Assembly: GCA_964536865.1 (NCBI GenBank)
Contig: CAZHYN010000008.1
Location: forward strand, 1-32,000
Source: an uncultured Planctomycetia bacterium
GTDB lineage: Bacteria; Omnitrophota; Gorgyraeia; Duberdicusellales; 4484-171
Reading direction: 5' to 3'
DNA length: 32,000 nt
The translations under genes were made by a program, and so were the position numbers. Under the pieces are notes generated by a model that worked only from the letters and a program-made list of their open reading frames with translations, was not told the origin of the DNA and made no database searches. Below are positions 24,577 to 30,378 of this stretch, piece by piece; the first letter of the stretch is position 1, and each line of letters starts with the position of its first letter.

Positions 24577-25661
24577 AAGTGATTAATTTAAAGCTTAAAG
24601 AAGATTCTTACAATATTTATTTGGGTAACAATACCGTAGAGAAAATACCTTCTTATCTTCGTCGTTCTAACATAGGAAATTTCTGCGTAATTATTACTAA
24701 CCGAAAAATCTTTCATCTTCACAAGAATAAGATTAAAAAAATTATCCAAAGTATCCCTCATAGAGTTATAGAAGTTCCGGATGGTGAGAGATGTAAATCA
24801 AAGAAATGGGTCTTTAAAATAATAGATGAGCTTGTGAAAGTAGATGGTATAAAAAAGAGAATTTTTATAACATGTGTAGGAGGGGGAACCATTGGTGATT
24901 TAGGAGGATTTGTAGCCTCAATTTATAAAAGAGGCATTCCTTATATTCAGGTACCTACTACTCTTTTGGGATGTGTAGATGCTAGTATTGGGGGTAAGAC
25001 AGCGATAAATTTGAAAGAAGCAAAGAATATAGTAGGGACATTTTATCAGCCTAAATCAGTCTTTGTTGACCTCAATTTCCTACATACCTTACCTTTTAGA
25101 GAGCTTAAACAGGGATTTGCAGAAGTTATTAAGTATGCAGTAATTGAAGATAAGGAGTTGTTTAACTTTCTTGAAGCTAACTACCAGAGAGTAAGGAAGT
25201 TAGACCGCAGATTTATTGCCCCAGTTATAGAAAAGTGTATAAGGATAAAAGCTAAAATAGTAGAGGGAGACGAAAAAGAAAAGAGAGGAGTAAGAACTAT
25301 TTTAAATTTTGGTCACACCTTAGGTCATGCCTTAGAGGCTTCCTTAGGATATCAGAGAAAGCTCACTCATGGAGAGGCGATAGCCTTAGGAATGATTTGT
25401 GCCAGTTTTATTTCTTCCTCTTTAGGGTTATGCTCTAGAGAGGAAAGAGAGAGGATAAAGAGATTAATAGAGTTGTATTCTCTTCCTACTGAGTTTTCCT
25501 TCTTACCGGAAAAAGTACTTAAGAGTCTCTCTTTAGATAAGAAATTCGTTGGGGGTATCCGAATGGTACTCTTAGAAAGAATAGGGAAAACAAAAGTTTG
25601 CAAAGATGTCTCTTTAGATTTGATAAAGAAGAGCTTACGAATAATTAGGAGATCAGGGTAG
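24573..25661 (+). CDS. aroB: 3-dehydroquinate synthase
   Basis: The motifs GGG.IGDLGGFVAS.Y.RGI..IQVPTTLL..VD.S.GGKT.IN, NFGHT.GHA.E and HGEA...GM are present. Length is 362 aa. It has an ATGA overlap with the upstream gene. Confidence 0.92.
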   Translation: MKVINLKLKEDSYNIYLGNNTVEKIPSYLRRSNIGNFCVIITNRKIFHLHKNKIKKIIQSIPHRVIEVPDGERCKSKKWVFKIIDELVKVDGIKKRIFITCVGGGTIGDLGGFVASIYKRGIPYIQVPTTLLGCVDASIGGKTAINLKEAKNIVGTFYQPKSVFVDLNFLHTLPFRELKQGFAEVIKYAVIEDKELFNFLEANYQRVRKLDRRFIAPVIEKCIRIKAKIVEGDEKEKRGVRTILNFGHTLGHALEASLGYQRKLTHGEAIALGMICASFISSSLGLCSREERERIKRLIELYSLPTEFSFLPEKVLKSLSLDKKFVGGIRMVLLERIGKTKVCKDVSLDLIKKSLRIIRRSG

Positions 25662-25662
25662 T

Positions 25663-25691
25663 TTGACAAATAGATAAAAATATGTTATACT
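25663..25691 (+). promoter_or_regulatory. Near-consensus promoter of the PilZ/radical SAM operon: TTGACA-N17-TATACT with TGn
   Basis: TTGACA is at 25663-25668, TGt at 25683-25685 and TATACT at 25686-25691. A roughly 55-nt leader with the strong SD AAGGAGAAGGG follows. Confidence 0.6.
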
Positions 25692-25718
25692 AAAATTCCT
25701 AAATTTTAGAGATAGGTC

Positions 25719-25732
25719 TGAAAACGTTTTCA
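25719..25732. promoter_or_regulatory. Perfect 14-bp palindrome TGAAAACGTTTTCA (LacI/CcpA cre-like operator) in the operon leader
   Basis: It reads identically on both strands. It lies between the predicted start and the SD. It fits the cre-type consensus TGNAANCGNTNNCA from memory. Confidence 0.4.
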
Positions 25733-25752
25733 AAATATCTCAAGGAGAAGGG

Positions 25753-26079
25753 ATGAAGGAAAGAAGGAAGGATTTACGAGTAAAGGTTTCTTTTCCTGTA
25801 GAGTGTATAGTTCTACCTGAAAGAAGGAGTTTCTTTTACACTGTAAGTAAGGATTTAAGTTTAGGAGGAGTAAGAATTTTGAGCGAAAATTTCCTTCCTA
25901 AGAATCAAGAGGTGAGGGTAAATATTAACCTAATAGAAGAGATGGTCTTGATTAAAGCTAGAGTAGTGTGGTGTAGCAAAGAGCGATGCTCGGAAAGGTA
26001 CTCCGCAGGTTTAAGGTTTTTAGAGATTAATGAAAAAGATAGAACTAATTTGAACAACTTTATAAGAAAGGTATCCTAA
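25753..26079 (+). CDS. PilZ domain protein (single domain)
   Basis: It carries RRKDLR (RxxxR) and DLSLGG (DxSxxG). Length is 108 aa. Confidence 0.85.
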   Translation: MKERRKDLRVKVSFPVECIVLPERRSFFYTVSKDLSLGGVRILSENFLPKNQEVRVNINLIEEMVLIKARVVWCSKERCSERYSAGLRFLEINEKDRTNLNNFIRKVS

Positions 26080-26081
26080 CA

Positions 26082-26228
26082 ATGGGGAAGAGCGAGGATA
26101 AAAGGAGAAATTGTTTAAACTGTAACAAGTCCTTGAGAAGAATAGATTGGTATTATAGAAACGGAGGATATTTCTGTAGTAAGAAGTGTTTTAAAACTTA
26201 TATTTCTAATAAAAAACAAATCTCTTAA
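26082..26228 (+). CDS. Unlisted 48-codon ORF: TRASH/zf-FCS-like zinc-ribbon protein
   Basis: The translation is MGKSEDKRRNCLNCNKSLRRIDWYYRNGGYFCSKKCFKTYISNKKQIS. It shows C-x2-C-x17-C-x3-C with the YFCSxxCF core. It starts 2 nt after the PilZ stop, and its TAA overlaps the next ATG (TAATG at 26226-26230). Confidence 0.5.
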   Translation: MGKSEDKRRNCLNCNKSLRRIDWYYRNGGYFCSKKCFKTYISNKKQIS

Positions 26229-26584
26229 TGCTAAAAGAAAAAAGGAGATATCCTCGCTTTACCTTCGCCCTCCCTATAAAGATATCTAATCAGGAGTTTG
26301 ATGTAGTTACTGAAACAAAAAATATAAGTGGCAACGGCGCCTACTGTTCTGTAGATAGAGAAATTCCTGTTATGACTAAGTTAAAAATCGTTCTTTTGAT
26401 TCCTTTAATTAAAAAAGGAAAAAGATTTTTGAAAAAGATAAATTGTAAAGGAGTAGTAGTAAGGTCCCAACCGATTCGTGACAATGGTAAAAATTTTTAT
26501 AATATAGGAATATTTTTCTCTGAGATAAATGAAGCTTATAGAAAAGTTTTACTTTCCTATATAAATTCTGCAGTTAAAAACTAA
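26228..26584 (+). CDS. PilZ domain protein (single domain)
   Basis: It carries RRYPR (RxxxR) and NISGNG (NxSxxG). Length is 118 aa. Confidence 0.85.
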   Translation: MLKEKRRYPRFTFALPIKISNQEFDVVTETKNISGNGAYCSVDREIPVMTKLKIVLLIPLIKKGKRFLKKINCKGVVVRSQPIRDNGKNFYNIGIFFSEINEAYRKVLLSYINSAVKN

Positions 26585-26599
26585 AGTACCATCCTTAAA

Positions 26600-27142
26600 A
26601 TGCTTAAACTTTCTTTACCTAAAAAAGTTAAGTTTATATGTGGGTTTATCTATTCGAACGAGGAAGATTTCTCTAAAATCAAGAAAATAATGGAGAAAAA
26701 GTACAAAGGTATAGATTATGAAAGTAAAGCAATAAAATTTGACTTTACTGATTACTATGCTAAGGAAATGGGAAGAAATTTAATAAGGAAGTTTTTATCT
26801 TTTAAAGTATTAATTAACCCTTCAGCTTTACTAAGGATTAAGCTATACACTCTTAAACTGGAGAGAAAATTTTCTTACCAGGGAAAGAGAAAGGTTAATA
26901 TAGATCCAGGATATTTGAATGATGCCAAGTTAGTTTTAGCCACTACTAAAAATTTTTCTCATCGTATATATTTAGGTAAGGGTATTTATGCTGAAGTTAC
27001 TCTTACTTATAGGAAAGGAGAATTTACTGATTTTTCCTGGACCTATCCTGATTATAGGATCCCTCAGTATAAGGATATTTTTTTAAAGATTAGAAATTTA
27101 TACCTTACTCAAATTAGATATGTTTCAAAGAAACAAAGATAA
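26600..27142 (+). CDS. DUF4416 family protein
   Basis: This 180-aa protein has the sequence NIDPGYLNDAKLVLATTKNFSHRIYL. It contains the GYL motif I recall as the hallmark of DUF4416. Confidence 0.55.
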   Translation: MLKLSLPKKVKFICGFIYSNEEDFSKIKKIMEKKYKGIDYESKAIKFDFTDYYAKEMGRNLIRKFLSFKVLINPSALLRIKLYTLKLERKFSYQGKRKVNIDPGYLNDAKLVLATTKNFSHRIYLGKGIYAEVTLTYRKGEFTDFSWTYPDYRIPQYKDIFLKIRNLYLTQIRYVSKKQR

Positions 27143-28052
27143 GATATATAAAATTAAAAAAAGATTAGATTATTTTTTGGCTCAATGGAGGAATTGCCAA
27201 TTATGCCCTCGTAAGTGTGGAGTAGATAGGTCAAAAGAAGTGGGTTTTTGCCAGATAAAGAATCTTTCTGTCTATACTGCCTTTATCCATAGGGGAGAGG
27301 AGCCTCCTTTAGTAGGAAAAAATGGAAGTGGTGCGATTTTTTTTTCAGGGTGTAACTTAAGATGCATTTACTGCCAAAATTTTAAGTTTTCTCATCTTTG
27401 CCAGGGTAAGATCATGAATGAACACCAATTAGCTAGTCTTATGCTTAAATTACAGGCTCAGGGAGCAGAAAATATTAATCTTGTAACTCCTACACATTTC
27501 CTACCACAGATTATAAAAGCTCTCCTTATAGCTTACCACCAAGGTTTAAATATCCCTATAGTTTATAATTCTTCAGGGTATGAGAGAACAGAAATTATAA
27601 AAGCTTTAGAAGGAATGGTGGATATATATTTGGTAGATATGAAGTATTTTACTTCTTCTGCTTCCTGGTTGGGTTCACATACTAAAGATTATCCTTTCTA
27701 TAATAGAAGGGCGGTAAAAGCAATGTATCAGCAGATAGATATTCCTTTCTGGGAAGATGGGCTTTTAAAAAGAGGTATAATTATAAGGCACTTACTTCTT
27801 CCTACTATGGTTAAGGAAGCTAAGCGTATTCTTTGGTGGATAAAGGAAAATACCCCTAAGGCTTATATAAGTATTATGTTTCAGTATCGTCCTTATTTTA
27901 AAGCATCATCCGTGCCAAGGTTAAATAGGCCCCCTAATTATGAAGAGTATTTAGAAGTAAAAAAGCTGGTGGAAGAGATAGAGCTAGAAGGATGGATCCA
28001 AGAGTTTAACCCTCCCGAAGAGTTAGCCGGTGTTTACTTTAACCCTTTTTAG
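27120..28052 (+). CDS. Radical SAM protein, PflX-like (COG1313-type homolog of PFL-activating enzymes)
   Basis: The radical SAM motif is CNLRCIYCQN (CxxxCxxC). It is preceded by the N-terminal cysteine cluster CQLCPRKCGVDRSKEVGFC. Length is 310 aa. Confidence 0.85.
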   Translation: MFQRNKDKIYKIKKRLDYFLAQWRNCQLCPRKCGVDRSKEVGFCQIKNLSVYTAFIHRGEEPPLVGKNGSGAIFFSGCNLRCIYCQNFKFSHLCQGKIMNEHQLASLMLKLQAQGAENINLVTPTHFLPQIIKALLIAYHQGLNIPIVYNSSGYERTEIIKALEGMVDIYLVDMKYFTSSASWLGSHTKDYPFYNRRAVKAMYQQIDIPFWEDGLLKRGIIIRHLLLPTMVKEAKRILWWIKENTPKAYISIMFQYRPYFKASSVPRLNRPPNYEEYLEVKKLVEEIELEGWIQEFNPPEELAGVYFNPF

Positions 28053-28077
28053 TTTTCACTTCTCAAATTTGAGTTTT

Positions 28078-28106
28078 TAGGTAAATTTTAGGTAAATTAG
28101 GTAAAT
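28078..28106. repeat. Three direct copies of TAGGTAAAT
   Basis: The copies lie at 28078-28086, 28089-28097 and 28098-28106, right after the radical SAM stop. They are preceded by the palindrome CTCAAATTTGAG (28062-28073). Confidence 0.7.
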
Positions 28107-28301
28107 ATAAGGAAGAATACATTACTAAGAGTAAATATCCCTTTTCTTATTCACAGGTTTTTATAGTCTTTATATAATTTTTTGATTTTCAATTAGTTAC
28201 AGAGAAAAAAGGTTATAATAAAAGTTTACATAAGATATATTATCGGAAGTAACAGAAGAATAAAAAGGGATTATTCGGTAGGATAAGATTTATGAATAAA
28301 G

Positions 28302-28467
28302 GCCGATAAGGGCCTTCTGTCTCGGCAGCTCAGCCACCCTAGTAGTCTCCAGGTGCCTAACTTGCTCACTATCTGGGGGCTAATAATTTAGTGAGCAACG
28401 GCTTCCTTAACTACCTTAGGTCTGTAGCTTTGCGTCCTCTGATTTCTCAGAGTTTGCCCTTATCGGC
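28302..28467 (-). ncRNA. c-di-GMP-I (GEMM-I) riboswitch-like RNA with no downstream ORF
   Basis: The minus strand reads GCCGAUAAGGGCAAAC-UCUGA-GAAA-UCAGA-GGACGCAAAGC-UACAGA-CCUAAG-GUAG...AGCUGCCGAGACAGAAGGCCCUUAUCGGC. It shares AGGGCAAAC, the GAAA-capped hairpin, GGACGCAAAGC, the CCUAA receptor half and 3' GCCGA with the Vc2 aptamer as remembered. A 12-bp closing helix pairs 28302-28313 with 28456-28467. Confidence 0.8.
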
Positions 28468-28474
28468 GTTATTA

Positions 28475-28504
28475 ATTATACAATATTTTTGTTCCTAATT
28501 TCAA
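28475..28504 (-). promoter_or_regulatory. Promoter of the riboswitch-like RNA: TTGAAA-N18-TATAAT
   Basis: On the minus strand, TTGAAA spans 28504-28499 and TATAAT spans 28480-28475. Seven nt (taataac) then precede the first G of the closing helix at 28467. Confidence 0.6.
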
Positions 28505-28530
28505 CCTTGCTTGAGAGAAATTTTACTATT

Positions 28531-28546
28531 TGTGAATTCATTCACA
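28531..28546. promoter_or_regulatory. Perfect CRP/FNR-type site TGTGA-N6-TCACA
   Basis: TTTGTGAATTCATTCACAAA has 9-bp inverted arms. The centre at 28538/28539 is about -71.5 relative to the predicted start at 28467. Confidence 0.45.
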
Positions 28547-28711
28547 AAGTTTTAACTAAGTTTATTAATTTAATTTTTATTTTTCTCTTTTTATTTTTTA
28601 GGGAGCTTATTTCTCCTGAGGTAAGTAGTGATATCCAGAGGTAGTACCCCCTAAAAAATTTAGAAAGATAGTTTTCATGTATTGGAATTCCTTCCTTTCA
28701 GGCCAAGGAGA

Positions 28712-29115
28712 CTAAAAGTATACTAAATGCAAGAATCTGGTGCAATTTCTATCTATTTTAGTCTTCAGAGAATCCACGAAAGGACTTCCTACTACTTCAT
28801 TATTTTGATTTTTCAAGATTATTCTATTCTTACAATGGATAACTCGGCCGCTAGGGGAGACGAAGGTCTCTTCCTCCCCTACTCCACTTGTAAGTATGTT
28901 GCCTACTTTTTAAAAGCCATGCGAGAAATATCAATTGCTTTATCCTTGGCTAAGGTAGAAATATTAAATAGATGAGATAGTACATTTTTCTCTTTTTCCA
29001 TTAATTGGATCAACTGAGAGGAGGAACTCTTTATAGTTATATCTTTAAACTCTGCCCAGGCAAATCTTGCTTCTGGCAACAATTTCCTAAGACGAGCACC
29101 TATTCTTATCTCCAT
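28712..29115 (-). pseudogene. Decayed B3/4-domain (COG3382-like) gene: N-terminal and C-terminal pieces in different frames, middle missing
   Basis: The ORF 28903..29115 (..LLPEARFAWAEFKDITIKSSSSQL...DKAIDISRMAFKK) resembles the N-terminus of solo B3/4 proteins. The next frame, from about 28906 to the stop at 28712-28714, reads VGNILTSGVGEEETFVSPSGRVIHCKNRIILKNQNNEVVGSPFVDSLKTKIDRNCTRFLHLVYF, which resembles the C-terminus. This is a recollection-based call. Confidence 0.4.
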
Positions 29116-29656
29116 CTTTTAATGTAGTTTTTAACTTTTTTAGAGTATTTTGATAAACTTCTAAATCAGTTTCAGAATAAAGCACAAGACGGATTCTTTT
29201 CACTTCTCTAAGTTCCTCAGCCACTTCTATTAAAGTTTGTAGAGAAATTTTAGCTGCTTCCTCTATAGGATAGCCAAAAGCACCGGTAGATATAGCAGGA
29301 AAAGCTATAGAGGTTACTTTATTCTTTTCAGCAAGAATTAGAGCATTTTTATAGCAGGAAGCCAAAAGTTTATCCTCAGGTCTATCTATTTTGTACCTTG
29401 GTCCTAAGCAATGGATTACATATTTATTAGGAAGGTTATAAGCTTTAGTAATTACAGCCTGACTTACCTTTATAGGGGCAAGTTTTTTGCATTCCTGATA
29501 AAGCAAGGGACCGCTAGCCTTATGTATCGCTCCTGCTACTCCTCCACCAGGAGCAAGATAAGCGTTAGCAGCATTTACTATAGCATCAAAACCAATTTGT
29601 TTAGTGATATCACCTTTTACACATTCCAGAGTTACATTTTTAATATTGATTATCAT
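29087..29656 (-). CDS. Macro domain protein (O-acetyl-ADP-ribose deacetylase/YmdB-like)
   Basis: The motifs GDITKQ..DAIVNAAN, GGGVAGAIH and IAFPAISTGAFGYP are present. Length is 189 aa. Confidence 0.88.
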   Translation of the reverse strand: MIINIKNVTLECVKGDITKQIGFDAIVNAANAYLAPGGGVAGAIHKASGPLLYQECKKLAPIKVSQAVITKAYNLPNKYVIHCLGPRYKIDRPEDKLLASCYKNALILAEKNKVTSIAFPAISTGAFGYPIEEAAKISLQTLIEVAEELREVKRIRLVLYSETDLEVYQNTLKKLKTTLKDGDKNRCSS

Positions 29657-29658
29657 CT

Positions 29659-30378
29659 TTAAATATCTTGGGAATATGTTAGATGTTTATTTATAAATTC
29701 TAAAATCTCTTTCTGTATTTCGTGATCGATGTTATAGAATTCCAAACCCATTCCTGGATACTCCAGAGGCTGGATTTCCCTATCTGCTACCCAGATTACT
29801 CTAGTGTCAATTTCTATAATGCCAGGTTTAGGAGATAAATTTATACGGGTTGAGAGTATCTCCCCTACAGAAAATATCTTCTTGGCTACGATAAATACTC
29901 CTATGGCGCTCAGATTCAAAACCTTTCCTTTATAGAAGAGATCTTTGGAAGAAAATTTTTGTTTATATTCAATAATGGCGTGGAAAGGAATCCTTCTAAA
30001 ACGTCTTCTAAGTTTTTTCTTTAGTATTCGGTAAATGCTTTCCTCCTCTTTTAGATACCTAATTGCCTCTTCTTCGTTACTATGGAAATTAAATACTTTA
30101 TTCAGTCCTACGAGAGTAAATATATTCTTAATGTGCGTAGGTACGTTACATATTTCCATCCTTCCTTTATGATTAAGAATATTTTTATATACTACAGCAA
30201 GAATGGAAATACCAATATAGTCTATTATATTTACCTTATTAAAGTTACATACAATATTTTTAGATTTATACTTAAGAACCCAACCAGCGGTTTCTACAAA
30301 ATTAGAAGCATTAATATCAATATTTCCTGCTAAATCAAGAATAGCCACACCATCTTTATCTCTCACATTAATCGTCAT
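29659..30378 (-). CDS. STAS (anti-sigma-factor antagonist-like) - PilZ fusion protein
   Basis: The N-terminal STAS fold reads VAILDLAGNID...NFNKVNIIDYIGISIL...ICNVPTHIKNIFTLVGL. The C-terminal PilZ carries RRRFRR (RxxxR) and NLSAIG (NxSxxG). I place the start at the ATG at 30378-30376, which forms an ATGA overlap with the uppP stop. The tracked start at 30411 lies inside uppP. Confidence 0.8.
   Translation of the reverse strand: MTINVRDKDGVAILDLAGNIDINASNFVETAGWVLKYKSKNIVCNFNKVNIIDYIGISILAVVYKNILNHKGRMEICNVPTHIKNIFTLVGLNKVFNFHSNEEEAIRYLKEEESIYRILKKKLRRRFRRIPFHAIIEYKQKFSSKDLFYKGKVLNLSAIGVFIVAKKIFSVGEILSTRINLSPKPGIIEIDTRVIWVADREIQPLEYPGMGLEFYNIDHEIQKEILEFINKHLTYSQDI

Noticed and set aside
17356-25661. 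The region downstream of tRNA-Gly as an integrated genomic island or prophage.
   Set aside because: It has no integrase, no phage or conjugation genes and no distal copy of the tRNA 3' end that I could spot. The block contains housekeeping genes (aroB, M50 protease) with the same composition as the flanks.
27120-28052. The radical SAM gene as the AmmeMemoRadiSam partner (amrS) of amrB.
   Set aside because: It is 19 kb away in a different operon. Its sequence pattern (CQLCPRKCGVDR..GFC, HRGEEPPL..GSGAIFFSGCNLRCIYCQN) matches my memory of PflX/COG1313 rather than AmrS.
28062-28079. CTCAAATTTGAG plus a T-run as the intrinsic terminator of the radical SAM operon.
   Set aside because: Once a minimal loop is allowed the stem is only about 4 AU-rich bp, too weak to call. 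I kept it only as a palindrome note.
28302-28467. Alternative identities for the structured RNA: SRP/4.5S RNA, 6S RNA, or a + strand RNA.
   Set aside because: It has no SRP domain IV motif (no GGAA-capped helix with AGCA/GGAAG symmetric loops) and no 6S-type long rod with a central bubble. On the + strand the tetraloop would be UUUC and the GEMM core motifs disappear. The promoter is also on the minus strand.
28853-28880. The GC-rich hairpin AGGGGAGAC-gaag-GTCTCTTCC (with G-U pairs on the + strand) as a small RNA element.
   Set aside because: It falls inside the C-terminal-like coding remnant (..GEEETFVSP..), has no promoter or terminator context, and the pairing is short. It is likely coincidental.
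28727-28975. The + strand 82-aa ORF in the convergence zone.
   Set aside because: It has no SD and no motifs. It overlaps the minus-strand B3/4-like remnants, which explain the open frame better.
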